Positions 1 through 8,903 of a stretch of 64,000 nt of DNA are shown here, piece by piece (positions within the stretch are counted from its first letter, which is position 1; every line of letters starts with the position of its first letter). Source of the DNA: Desulfobacterales bacterium (GTDB lineage: Bacteria; Desulfobacterota; Desulfobacteria; Desulfobacterales; G963662235); NCBI GenBank assembly GCA_963662235.1, contig OY759308.1, positions 927,070 through 991,069 of the forward strand, in the 5' to 3' direction. A program made the translations under genes and the position numbers. The notes beneath the pieces were generated by a model that had not been told where the DNA came from, did no database searches, and worked only from the letters and a program-made list of their open reading frames with translations.

Positions 1-824
1 TTTATCTTATAAATTTTGCATAAGATAAATGATGATAGCAGTAAGGTAATATGGAATATTAATACAATCGTTAATATAATGATAAAATCGTAAATAGAGC
101 CACTTAAATTATCTTTTGAAGAAGATATCGCCATCCAAACCATTGAAACGACTAATAGTTGATTTATAAAATTTAATTTTTTTTTAAATTTTATCTCTTT
201 TAAAAAGAAGTTGATAGCCATTCCAATTATTAGTGGCAATAAAACTAAAAGCACCAATTTTTTTATCATAAAAGCTTTATCTAAATTGATGAATGTAGCT
301 TTACCAATAAAAGGGAGCATTAAAGATAAGAAAAAAGGTAAAATAAAAATTGCAATTGAGTTCGCTACAACAGTTATTAAAATTGAATAAGTCGTATTTC
401 CACCTGCGGACTCTGTCATAACAACACCTGTGCTTAATGTCGTTGGCATTATAGAGACAATTAAGATGCCAAGCTTAATTCCTAAACTCACTTTTAAAAA
501 TATAAAAGGGATGGCAACTATTGGTGAAACTATAAATATCATAAAAATAGCAAGAAGCAGTGGAGTTATATTGTTTATTAAAGATTTTCTATGTGCAGTG
601 TTTTTGCTTAATTTGCCCTTTTTAAAATCTATAAGTAGGCCAGAGATAAAAAAAATTATGAAAATAACGAAATATGTCCCGCCACTATTTTTAAGCAAAG
701 CTCCAGCATAAGACAGTTTAGAAATAAAACAGGTTAGCAGGGCTACAATTATAAGAGAGAGTGAAAACCAGTTTTTGATAAACTGACTGTATAAGAGTTT
801 AAATATGTTATTTTTTTTTACCAA
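1..824 (-). CDS. Bile acid:Na+ symporter (BASS/SBF-like) family membrane protein; its 3' end runs off the window
   Basis: Absent from the ORF track because it has no stop codon in the window. My own minus-strand translation is open from about 824 to base 1. It reads ...FIKNWFSLSLIIVALLTCFISKLSYAGALLKNSGGTYFVIFIIFFISGLLIDFKKGKLSKN...LIVSIMPTTLSTGVVMTESAGGNTTYSILITVVANSIAIFILPFFLS... The protein is multi-TM and the MPTTLSxGVVMTxxAGGN motif is typical of SBF-like carriers. The start is uncertain: a TTG at 824-822 overlaps the upstream stop. Confidence 0.5.
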   Translation of the reverse strand, partial: MVKKNNIFKLLYSQFIKNWFSLSLIIVALLTCFISKLSYAGALLKNSGGTYFVIFIIFFISGLLIDFKKGKLSKNTAHRKSLINNITPLLLAIFMIFIVSPIVAIPFIFLKVSLGIKLGILIVSIMPTTLSTGVVMTESAGGNTTYSILITVVANSIAIFILPFFLSLMLPFIGKATFINLDKAFMIKKLVLLVLLPLIIGMAINFFLKEIKFKKKLNFINQLLVVSMVWMAISSSKDNLSGSIYDFIIILTIVLIFHITLLLSSFILCKIYKI

Positions 825-1858
825 TCTATCCCCATCATAATACAATTTAATCCGCTTCCTATACCAAAAAAAGCGACACTATCGCCATTTTTTAAAAATC
901 CACTCTCTTCTGCTATTTTAGCAGTTATTGGTAAAGATACGGTGCCGATGTTTCCAAGTTTTTCAAAAGTAACAAAATCTTTTTTAGCGTTTATATTTAA
1001 AGCTTCTAACACTTTTTTTTGGTGGACACTTCCTACTTGATGACAAATGATTTTATCTATTTTTTCTTCATTTGTTTTAAGTTTTGTTTTAAACTGTTCA
1101 AAAGTTTTTTTGGCAAGAGTAATGCCATATTTCATAACATTAACAGAATCGGTGTTGATGTCGCTTATGGTTTCTCCAAGCAAGCCTTGTTTTGGACCCC
1201 ATACACAAAGATTATTATGAATACAGGCATTTTGGAGGGCATACCCTTTTAATTTTCTTTTTTTTGAAGCAATAGATTCATCTGTTAAAATTAACGATAT
1301 TGCTCCAGAACCTCCTGTTAAAGTCGCAATACTTTTTTTAAAAACTTCTATATCGTTTTCTTCTAATAGTTTTGCGATTGTTTGGTTTATGATATGCCTT
1401 GAAGATTCTGAGGCTACTATAAGCCCTGCTTTTATCTGTTTTGTTTCTATTGCGTTTGCGACTTGAATAATTGAATTTAAAACACCAAGACAAGCGTTTG
1501 TTATGTCAAACAGTTGTGCATTTTCGTTAATTTTAAGTTTATTTGCTACATATGAAGCGATAGCTGGTTCTAAATAGTCTCTGCACACTCCAGAGTAGAT
1601 AACCATACCGATATCGTCTGGTGATACATTGCTCTCTTTGAAAGATTTTTTTGCAGCTTCAAAGGAAGCTTCCCCCATACTATAATTTGTATCCCAAATT
1701 CTTCTCTCTTTAATCCCTGTCCACAAATAGAGCTGTCCTTTGGGTATTTTAAATCTTTTATATGCAGGAGTTAAGATGTTTTCTATCTCATCGCTCGTAA
1801 CAACTTTATCGGGTAGATGATAAGATATGTTTTCTATGTAGGTTCGTTCGTATTTCAT
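818..1858 (-). CDS. 3-oxoacyl-ACP synthase III (FabH-like KAS III family)
   Basis: ORF 818..1909. Thiolase-fold KAS III pattern, with the active-site Cys context DITNACLGVLNS and C-terminal GNIGTVSLP...GIGSGLN. I place the start at the internal Met (MKYERTYIENISY, ATG at 1858), because the first 17 codons of the track ORF are read out of a repeat element (1893-1966). Confidence 0.75.
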   Translation of the reverse strand: MKYERTYIENISYHLPDKVVTSDEIENILTPAYKRFKIPKGQLYLWTGIKERRIWDTNYSMGEASFEAAKKSFKESNVSPDDIGMVIYSGVCRDYLEPAIASYVANKLKINENAQLFDITNACLGVLNSIIQVANAIETKQIKAGLIVASESSRHIINQTIAKLLEENDIEVFKKSIATLTGGSGAISLILTDESIASKKRKLKGYALQNACIHNNLCVWGPKQGLLGETISDINTDSVNVMKYGITLAKKTFEQFKTKLKTNEEKIDKIICHQVGSVHQKKVLEALNINAKKDFVTFEKLGNIGTVSLPITAKIAEESGFLKNGDSVAFFGIGSGLNCIMMGIDW

Positions 1859-1892
1859 TTTTTTGTGTATTTTGCATATTTTGCGTATGTCA

Positions 1893-1966
1893 TATTGAGA
1901 CCTTTGCACATAAGCTCTATCACTATTTTTTTTATAAAAAACATTATGAGCAAAGGTCTCATATTA
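1893..1966. repeat. Family-A palindromic intergenic element, short copy
   Basis: ATATTGAGACCTTTGCACATAAGCTCTAT...CATTATGAGCAAAGGTCTCATAT. The terminal arms are reverse complements (about 15 bp) and match the termini of the copies at 30447, 52086, 60282 and 63946. Confidence 0.7.
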
Positions 1967-2132
1967 TAAATAAAAGACTATTTGCAAAGTCTTATTAATC
2001 TAAACTTTAAACTAATATTCTCTTAAATGTTTTAACCCCCCTATCCCCCCTTAGAAGGGGGGGATTTTATTTTCAATTTTTTTTAAGGATTATTCCTCTT
2101 TTTTAAAGAAGGATTTTCCTGTATTTTCCCCA

Positions 2133-2197
2133 TTTTAAAGGGGATTCACCCTGTGAAATAAGATTTGAGTAGGGAACGGTTTTAAACCGTTCCCTAC
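2133..2197 (+). repeat. Family-B repeat core followed by a perfect 12-bp-stem hairpin
   Basis: TTTTAAAGGGGATTCACCCTGTGAAATAAGATTTGAG (2133-2169) is nearly identical to the reverse complement of 4641-4679. It is followed by GTAGGGAACGGT-TTTAA-ACCGTTCCCTAC (2169-2197). Confidence 0.6.
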
Positions 2198-2212
2198 AAG
2201 TTCAAATTTAAA

Positions 2213-2260
2213 ATCAAAAAAAAAAGCCTCAGAGCTTTAAAAACTCTGAGGCTTTTTTTA
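2213..2260 (-). terminator. Rho-independent terminator (bidirectional shape) downstream of the porin gene
   Basis: AGCCTCAGAG / CTCTGAGGCT 10-bp stem, flanked by an A-run on one side and a T-run on the other. It lies about 40 nt past the stop at 2298. Confidence 0.75.
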
Positions 2261-2297
2261 TTTAAGTCTAAGTCTACTAAACTAAAAAAAGTTTAAC

Positions 2298-3434
2298 TTA
2301 GAAGTCTAATTGACATTTAACACCAAAGTAAGTCATTTTTCCTTGTTTTGCTGTTACACTATCTTTATAACCATCTTTATAATCGTATACACCATATTCT
2401 GGAGTAACTACAAAACCATCAGCAACTGTTACAGGGAATTGAATATACATTGATGCAGAGTCATCATCAACTGTTTTACCAGTGTTTTTATCTATCCATT
2501 TGTCATTTTCAGAAGTAAGCATAGCGTAACCAGCTTCTACACCGAATGTATCAGTAACTTTATAACTTGCTACAACAGATGCACCTAAAGTAGTTGTATC
2601 TTCTACCTTAGCAGGGGAAGTAACAAAAGGGTCGGTACTTGTGATAACTCCTCCTGTTGGATAGTAACTTAAATTTGTTCCTTGATAAACGTTAAAACCA
2701 ACCATAGCAGGACCAAATGTTGCTTGAACTTGCAAGCCAAATAAGCTTGAATCTACTTCTACATCGCTTGCTTCTACTCCATCTGCACTTTTTAATTCAA
2801 CACTATTTACACCACCAAAAACTGTAAAATCGATAGGGTTAAAATTTTGGCTATAGATAAACTCTATTGCTGGCAAATCAGCCCTAACTTTGTAGTCTGT
2901 TGTCGTTGTAATTACACCAGTAGATGGGTTTGCAGAAGTAGTTTTTAAGTTTGCATCTTTATTAGCGGCAATTTTAGTAGGATCTACTAAACCAATTTTA
3001 AAATTACCTACTGAGTAAGAAATTTGTCCAACACGCTTACTAAGAGCGTTACCTGCAGAACCAAATCCATCATCTCCATAAGCTTGGTTTGAAAAGAATG
3101 TGCTTGCAGGTGTCCAAGTTTGACCTACAATAAGATTTCCAGGACCAACTTTTACTGTTCCATAAAGGTGTCTTATATCACCATCAGAATTTATTTCGAA
3201 ATTTGCAAACTTGTCGCCATCTTTAACTTTAACACCAAATCTACTTGATGCATATAAACCGTGCTCTGCTGTGTCAAAAGTTTTGCCTGTAATACCAGAA
3301 TTTTCTTTTTCGTAATCAGTAAAAAAAGTTCCTGTTCTTGCGTTACCATAAAAGCTTGCTTCTTTAGCAAATGAAGTACCAAAAAGTAAGCCTAAGGTTG
3401 CAATAAATGTAATTAAACCAAAAAATTTCTTCAT
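2298..3434 (-). CDS. Outer-membrane beta-barrel porin
   Basis: ORF 2298..3515. The signal peptide MKKFFGLITFIATLGLLFGTSFA starts at the internal ATG 3434, which is preceded by GGAGGA. The sequence has an alternating beta-strand pattern rich in G/Y/T/D and a C-terminal ...KCQLDF with terminal Phe. Confidence 0.7.
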   Translation of the reverse strand: MKKFFGLITFIATLGLLFGTSFAKEASFYGNARTGTFFTDYEKENSGITGKTFDTAEHGLYASSRFGVKVKDGDKFANFEINSDGDIRHLYGTVKVGPGNLIVGQTWTPASTFFSNQAYGDDGFGSAGNALSKRVGQISYSVGNFKIGLVDPTKIAANKDANLKTTSANPSTGVITTTTDYKVRADLPAIEFIYSQNFNPIDFTVFGGVNSVELKSADGVEASDVEVDSSLFGLQVQATFGPAMVGFNVYQGTNLSYYPTGGVITSTDPFVTSPAKVEDTTTLGASVVASYKVTDTFGVEAGYAMLTSENDKWIDKNTGKTVDDDSASMYIQFPVTVADGFVVTPEYGVYDYKDGYKDSVTAKQGKMTYFGVKCQLDF

Positions 3435-3875
3435 TTTTTTCCTCCTTAGAATGAAAAAAAATACAAGGGCAAAAACTAAATTTGCACTTGTAAATGTAAC
3501 ATACAAATTTTTCAAGGGCTTTGTACAAACGCATTTTTTTAAGAATCTAAAACAAACAACGGTTTTCTCTTCTTAAGATTTTTTTAAGGACAAATGTCTT
3601 AAAAAGTTTTTTATGCACATTGTCCAAAACTCTTATTTTCTTTATTATAAGAGCTTTTTATGACTCTTATATTAAAGAATGAACTTGCGACGATATACAT
3701 AATCTTGCCTATATGTCAAGAATGATTTAAACGAAGTTTTTTGCGTTATTACTTCAAGATACTTTAAATAAAGTGTTTTTATATATTGATTGATTTTATA
3801 TATTATTTGTTTAAAAAATAATTTTTAGTCAAAGTATTGCTCTCAATTTTAATTTTAATAAGAGTTATTAACAAA

Positions 3876-4514
3876 ATGTTTACCGGTATTATAGAAGGAC
3901 AAGCAAAAGTAAAACAAATTCAAGCTACACAAAATGGAGCTGTTATTTTTTTTGAAGCACCATTCGTTTTAGAAGGTTTTAAAATAGGTGACAGTATAGC
4001 AATTAATGGAGCTTGTCTTACTGCTGTAAAAATAGAAAACAACTTTTTTTCAGTAGATGTCGCACCAGAAACTCTTTCGCTTACGACGTTAGGCACTCTT
4101 AAAGAAGGAGAGCTTGTAAATTTTGAAAGAGCTTTAAAATTAAACGGCAGGCTTGACGGTCATCTGGTATCAGGGCACATAGATGGCGTAGGTAAAATAA
4201 TATCAAAAGAGACAAAAGGTAACGCTATTCTTTTTAGGATAGAAGTAAATAAAGAGCTTTCTTACTATATGATAAAAAAAGGTTCTGTAGCAATTGATGG
4301 TATAAGCCTTACTATAAATAGTTTAAACACAAACTCTTTTGATATTAGTATAATTCCGCACACTTTAAGCCTTACTACATTAAATAGTAAAAATATAGGT
4401 AGCAAAGTTAATATCGAAACCGATATAGTAGGTAAATATTTAGAGAAGTTTACAAACAAAAAGAGTGAATCCAAAATAGATAAAGAGTTTCTTTTAAAGG
4501 CTGGATTCTTATAA
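3876..4514 (+). CDS. ribE: Riboflavin synthase alpha chain
   Basis: MFTGIIEGQAKV... N-terminus and an internal duplication (GDSIAINGACLT / GSVAIDGISLT) characteristic of riboflavin synthase. The start is taken at ATG 3876 rather than the track start 3837. This gene is called ribC in E. coli nomenclature. Confidence 0.9.
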   Translation: MFTGIIEGQAKVKQIQATQNGAVIFFEAPFVLEGFKIGDSIAINGACLTAVKIENNFFSVDVAPETLSLTTLGTLKEGELVNFERALKLNGRLDGHLVSGHIDGVGKIISKETKGNAILFRIEVNKELSYYMIKKGSVAIDGISLTINSLNTNSFDISIIPHTLSLTTLNSKNIGSKVNIETDIVGKYLEKFTNKKSESKIDKEFLLKAGFL

Positions 4515-4583
4515 CAAAATGAGGTCTTTACATATAAGTTTTTATAAGGGTTGAGGTCTTTCGCCTTTCGGCGAACCCCCTTT

Positions 4584-4679
4584 ACCCCGTGAAATAATTT
4601 TAAATTTTTTAAATTTAAAATTAAGATTAGAGTTTTCAAGCTCTAATCTTATTTCACTGGGTGAATCCCCCTTAAAAGG
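4584..4679. repeat. Family-B repeat, nested inverted-repeat structure
   Basis: CCCCGTGAAATAA (4584-4597) pairs with TTATTTCACTGGG (4649-4661). An inner perfect hairpin AAGATTAGAG/CTCTAATCTT lies at 4623-4650. Segment 4641-4679 is the reverse complement of 2133-2169 with a few mismatches. Confidence 0.6.
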
Positions 4680-4787
4680 AAGAAATGGTATGCTTTCGGT
4701 GAAATCACTTAAAAGGGGGAAATGGTAAAAAAAATCTCACGAAAATATTATGTGTAAAAGTTTTGAAGAGGTGAAAATAAGGATAAA

Positions 4788-5984
4788 ATGGGTAAAATTA
4801 CAATAGAACAAGCGTTAGAAGATATTAAACAAGGCAAGATGGTTATTCTTGTTGATGATGAAGATAGAGAAAATGAAGGCGACCTTACAATAGCAGCAGA
4901 GTTTGTTACACCAGAGATAATAAACTTTATGGCTACATATGGTAGAGGTCTAATTTGTCTCTCTTTAACAAGCCAAAAAGTAAAAGAGTTAGATCTTCCT
5001 ATGATGGTGTCTAAAAACACATCGGCATTTGAGACAGGTTTTACAGTATCTATAGAAGCTAAAAGAGGCGTAACAACAGGTATATCAGCAAAAGATAGAG
5101 CTACTACTATTTTGGCTGCTATTAAAGATGATGCAAAACCAGAAGACCTTGCAAGACCAGGACACGTTTTCCCTATAAAAGCAAAAGATGGTGGTGTTAT
5201 GGTTAGGATAGGACAGACAGAAGGGTCAAGCGACCTTGCAAGACTTGCAGGTTTAAAACCTTATGGTGTTATTTGCGAGATTATGGATGAAGATGGCACT
5301 ATGGCAAGAATGCCAAGTCTAAAAAAGTTTAGCGAAAAACACAATATAGGTATTTGTACTATTGCAGACCTTGTTAAATATAGAACAGAAAACGAAAAAT
5401 TTGTAAAAGCGGTCGCTACAACTCAAATTCCAACACAATATGGAGATTTTAAAATAGTTGCTTATGAAAACAGTATAGATGACTTGCTCCATATAGCACT
5501 TGTAAAAGGTGAGATAAAAAAAGATGAGCCAACTCTTGTCCGAGTTCACTCTGAATGTATGACAGGTGATATTTTTGGTTCTTTAAAGTGTGATTGCCAA
5601 AAACAACTCAATAAAGCTATGGAGATGATAGGAAAAGAAGGAAGTGGCGTTCTATTATATATGAGACAAGAGGGTAGAGGTATTGGGCTTGTAAATAAAT
5701 TAAAAGCTTATGAATTGCAAAGAACAAGAGGTTTAGATACTGTTGAAGCCAATCTTAAATTAGGGTTTAAAGATGATTTAAGAGATTATGGTATGGGGGC
5801 TCAAATTTTATACGATATAGGTGTAAGGAAAATGAGGCTTTTGACCAATAATCCTAAAAAAATAGTTGGGCTTGAAGGATACGGCTTAAGCATAGAAGAG
5901 CAGGTTGCAATTAAAATCCCACCAAATAAATTCAATAAAGATTATCTTGAATGCAAAAAACTTAAACTTGGGCACTATTTATAA
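4788..5984 (+). CDS. ribBA: Bifunctional 3,4-dihydroxy-2-butanone-4-phosphate synthase / GTP cyclohydrolase II
   Basis: N-terminal half has VDDEDRENEGDL and GHVFP (DHBP synthase). C-terminal half has VRVHSECMTGDIFGSLKCDC...RQEGRGIGL (GTP cyclohydrolase II zinc and catalytic motifs). Confidence 0.95.
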   Translation: MGKITIEQALEDIKQGKMVILVDDEDRENEGDLTIAAEFVTPEIINFMATYGRGLICLSLTSQKVKELDLPMMVSKNTSAFETGFTVSIEAKRGVTTGISAKDRATTILAAIKDDAKPEDLARPGHVFPIKAKDGGVMVRIGQTEGSSDLARLAGLKPYGVICEIMDEDGTMARMPSLKKFSEKHNIGICTIADLVKYRTENEKFVKAVATTQIPTQYGDFKIVAYENSIDDLLHIALVKGEIKKDEPTLVRVHSECMTGDIFGSLKCDCQKQLNKAMEMIGKEGSGVLLYMRQEGRGIGLVNKLKAYELQRTRGLDTVEANLKLGFKDDLRDYGMGAQILYDIGVRKMRLLTNNPKKIVGLEGYGLSIEEQVAIKIPPNKFNKDYLECKKLKLGHYL

Positions 5985-5988
5985 AAAT

Positions 5989-6021
5989 GACCTTTACAAA
6001 GTCTATTTTGTTTGTGTGTTT
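5989..6021 (+). repeat. Family-A element, single (left) arm only
   Basis: GACCTTTACAAAGTCTATTTTGTTTGTGTGTT aligns with GACCTTTGCACATAGCTCTATTTTGCTTTTGTTTTGTGG at 63948. It starts 5 nt after the ribBA stop. Confidence 0.45.
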
Positions 6022-6051
6022 AAAAAATTGAGCTTTTGTCTCTAAAAAACA

Positions 6052-6080
6052 TTGACACTGATGGGACATAGTGCTACGAA
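6052..6080 (+). promoter_or_regulatory. Possible sigma70-type promoter of aprBA
   Basis: TTGACA (6052-6057), a 17-nt spacer, then TACGAA (6075-6080). The -10 element is weak. This would give a 5' UTR of about 140 nt. Confidence 0.25.
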
Positions 6081-6224
6081 TTTCAGGTTTTTTTGGAAAA
6101 GCAAAAAGATGGAGAATATCGCATATAAAAGCCTTTACTAAATGTTTTAAAATGTTTTTTTTATGAATGTTTATTATGTAAAGTGCTTGTGTACATTATT
6201 AACTAAAAATTATGGAGGTATAGA

Positions 6225-6662
6225 ATGCCAAGTTATGTAATCACAGAAAAATGTGACGGTTGTAAAGGTGGCGACAAGACTGCATGTATGTACATCTGCC
6301 CAAATGACCTTATGGTTCTTGATGCAAATGCTATGAAAGCATACAACCAAGAGCCTGATCAATGTTGGGAATGTTACTCATGTGTTAAAATTTGTCCTTC
6401 TCAAGCTATTGAAGTTAGAGGATATTCAGACTTTGTTCCACTAGGAAGTAGCGTTATGCCAATGATGGGAACAGAAGATATTATGTGGACATGTAAATTC
6501 AGAAACGGAACAGTAAAGAGATTTAAATTCCCAATCAGAACTACACCTGAAGGCCAAGCAAATGCTTATCTTGATCTAAAAGGTAAAGACCTTTCATCTG
6601 GACTTCTTTCAACAGAAGAGGCTGATGGTAAAACTCTTGTTAAACCCCTTGAGTTAGCATAA
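6225..6662 (+). CDS. aprB: Adenylylsulfate (APS) reductase beta subunit
   Basis: MPSYVITEKCDGCKGGDKTACMYICPNDLM... and CWECYSCVKICP, the two ferredoxin-like cluster motifs of AprB. Lies immediately upstream of aprA. Confidence 0.95.
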   Translation: MPSYVITEKCDGCKGGDKTACMYICPNDLMVLDANAMKAYNQEPDQCWECYSCVKICPSQAIEVRGYSDFVPLGSSVMPMMGTEDIMWTCKFRNGTVKRFKFPIRTTPEGQANAYLDLKGKDLSSGLLSTEEADGKTLVKPLELA

Positions 6663-6719
6663 TCAAACAGGGGATTATTTTAGAAAAAAAGACTTATATT
6701 CATAAAAGGAGGATATAAA

Positions 6720-8696
6720 ATGGCGTTACCTAATAAGCCTGTAGGAGAGATTAAGGCTGTAAGAGATCCTGAAGTTGTTGAAAAAGAAGTCGATGTTCTT
6801 ATTATCGGCGGTGGTATGGCAGCTTGTGGAACAGCTTTCGAATTTAAAAAATGGGCTAAAGATAGTGATTCAGTATTATTAGTTGATAAAGCTTCACTTG
6901 AAAGAAGTGGTGCTGTTGCACAAGGTCTTTCAGCTATCAATACTTATGTTGGTGAAAATACACCTGATGATTATGTTCGTATGGTTAGAAATGACCTTAT
7001 GGGTATAGTTAGAGAAGACCTTATTTTTGACCTTGGTCGTCACGTTGACGATTCTGTGCATCTTTTTGAAGAATGGGGACTTCCTATTTGGAAAAAAACA
7101 GATGATGGAAAAAACCTTGACGGTAAAAAAGGTACGACTCTTGGTTCATTAAAAGATGGTGCTACACCTGTTAGAACAGGTAAATGGCAAATAATGATAA
7201 ATGGTGAATCTTATAAAAGAATAGTTGCAGAAGCAGCAAAACTTGCTATCGGCGAAGAAAATATTCTTGAAAGAGTATTTATTGTTGAAATTTTAAAAGA
7301 TGCTAACAATCCAAAACAAGTTGCTGGAGCTGTTGGTTTTTCTGTTAGAGAAAATAAAGTTTATATAATTAAAGCTAAAACTATGATGGTTGCTTGTGGT
7401 GGTGCTGTTAATATTTACAGACCAAGATCTACAGGTGAAGGTAAAGGTCGTGCTTGGTATCCAATTTGGAATGCTGGTTCAACCTATACAATGGCTTTAA
7501 GAGCTGGTGCTGAACTTTCTATGATGGAAAACAGATTCACCCCAGCAAGATTTAAAGATGGTTATGGTCCTGTTGGTGCTTGGTTCTTACTTTTCAAAGC
7601 TACTCTTCAAAATGGTCTTGGAGAAAACTATCTTGCAAGTGATGCTGTTAAAAAAGAACTTGAAAGTTATGCACCTTATGGAACAGCAGCTGTTACTCCA
7701 ACTTGTTTAAGAAACCACATAATGCTTTTTGAAATGAAAGCTGGTCGTGGTCCTGTTATTATGGATACAGCTAAAGCTCTTGCTAAACTTTCTGAAACAA
7801 TGGACAAAAAAGAGATGAAGCATCTTGAATCTGAAGCATGGGAAGATTTTCTTGATATGAGTATTGGTCAAGCAGGTCTTTGGTGTGCAACAGATACAGA
7901 ACCAGAAAAGAAAAATTCAGAAATTATGCCTACAGAACCATATCTTCTTGGTTCTCACTCAGGTTGTTGCGGAATTTGGACATCTGGTCCAGACGAAGAT
8001 TGGGTTCCAGCAGAATACAAATGGGGAGACAAAGGAAAAGTTTATAACAGAATGACAACAGCTATTGGTCTATTCACAGCTGGTGACGGTGTTGGTTGCT
8101 CTGGTCATAAATTTTCTTCAGGTTCTCATGCAGAGGGTCGTATATGTGCAAAATCTATGGTTCAATTCTTAAGAGATCACGAAGATTATACTCCTACATT
8201 AAAAGAAACTAAAGAAGAATTAGTTGACCTTGTTTGGAAACCTGTAAGAGTTTACTTAGACAACTGCGAGTATACAACTGCTACAGATGTTAATCCACAC
8301 TATGTAAAACCTGCTGGTATGGCTCTTCGTCTAATGAAAGCTACAGACGAATATGGTGCTGGTACTTCTACATATTATCAAACAAACGGAAAATGTCTTG
8401 ATATCTTAATTGACGATCTTCTTAAAACAATGTGGGAAGATTGTGCAAAGCTTGCAGCAGGAGACCTTCATGAGCTTATGAGATGTTGGGAAATCTATCA
8501 CAGAATCTTTACAGTTGGTGCTCACGTTAGACACATTAGATTTAGAGAAGAAACAAGATTCCCAGGATTTTATTATAGAGCTGACTTCCCAGGACAAGAT
8601 GATGAAAATTGGTTCTGTTTTGTTAACTCTTCTTATGATAAAGATACTAATGAATGGACTCTTAAAAAAGCTCCTTACAAAAAAATTATCACATAA
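6720..8696 (+). CDS. aprA: Adenylylsulfate (APS) reductase alpha subunit
   Basis: 658 aa. FAD dinucleotide fold VDVLIIGGGMAACG, plus the conserved AprA blocks AVNIYRPRS, WYPIWNAGS and RFPGFYYRADFP. Confidence 0.95.
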   Translation: MALPNKPVGEIKAVRDPEVVEKEVDVLIIGGGMAACGTAFEFKKWAKDSDSVLLVDKASLERSGAVAQGLSAINTYVGENTPDDYVRMVRNDLMGIVREDLIFDLGRHVDDSVHLFEEWGLPIWKKTDDGKNLDGKKGTTLGSLKDGATPVRTGKWQIMINGESYKRIVAEAAKLAIGEENILERVFIVEILKDANNPKQVAGAVGFSVRENKVYIIKAKTMMVACGGAVNIYRPRSTGEGKGRAWYPIWNAGSTYTMALRAGAELSMMENRFTPARFKDGYGPVGAWFLLFKATLQNGLGENYLASDAVKKELESYAPYGTAAVTPTCLRNHIMLFEMKAGRGPVIMDTAKALAKLSETMDKKEMKHLESEAWEDFLDMSIGQAGLWCATDTEPEKKNSEIMPTEPYLLGSHSGCCGIWTSGPDEDWVPAEYKWGDKGKVYNRMTTAIGLFTAGDGVGCSGHKFSSGSHAEGRICAKSMVQFLRDHEDYTPTLKETKEELVDLVWKPVRVYLDNCEYTTATDVNPHYVKPAGMALRLMKATDEYGAGTSTYYQTNGKCLDILIDDLLKTMWEDCAKLAAGDLHELMRCWEIYHRIFTVGAHVRHIRFREETRFPGFYYRADFPGQDDENWFCFVNSSYDKDTNEWTLKKAPYKKIIT

Positions 8697-8720
8697 TAAA
8701 AATAATTTTTTTTAAAACTC

Positions 8721-8766
8721 AATACCTCCAAGTGCTTTAATAAAAGTGCTTGGAGGTATTTTTTTA
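8721..8766 (+). terminator. Rho-independent terminator after aprA
   Basis: Perfect 18-bp stem AATACCTCCAAGTGCTTT / AAAGTGCTTGGAGGTATT with loop AATA, followed by a T-run. Confidence 0.85.
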
Positions 8767-8903
8767 TTTAACTTTTCTTGTAAGAAGTTTTTTTCTGCTT
8801 CTTTTTATAACTAAATCAAAGAAAATTAATTAAATTATTTTTTTTTGATTTGGTCATAATTAGATAAGTTTTTTTTATAATTTTACGATAGGAGGCAGTA
8901 AAT

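Noticed and set aside
430-711. 93-aa plus-strand ORF
   Set aside because: It lies antisense to a continuous, motif-bearing minus-strand membrane-protein frame. It is typical shadow ORF composition in AT-rich DNA.
1859-1909. Upstream ATG (1909) as the start of the FabH-like gene
   Set aside because: The first codons (MQRSQYD...) are read straight out of the family-A repeat arm (TGCAAAGGTCTCAATATG). The internal Met at 1858 gives a normal KAS III N-terminus.
3516-3875. FMN (RFN) riboswitch upstream of ribE, and likewise at 4515-4787 upstream of ribBA
   Set aside because: I looked for the conserved RFN core (GGGCGGGGTGAAATTCCC...CCGACAGT-type segments) and did not see it. The GTGAAAT strings at 4590 and 2153 belong to the family-B repeat. 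An Rfam scan would settle this.
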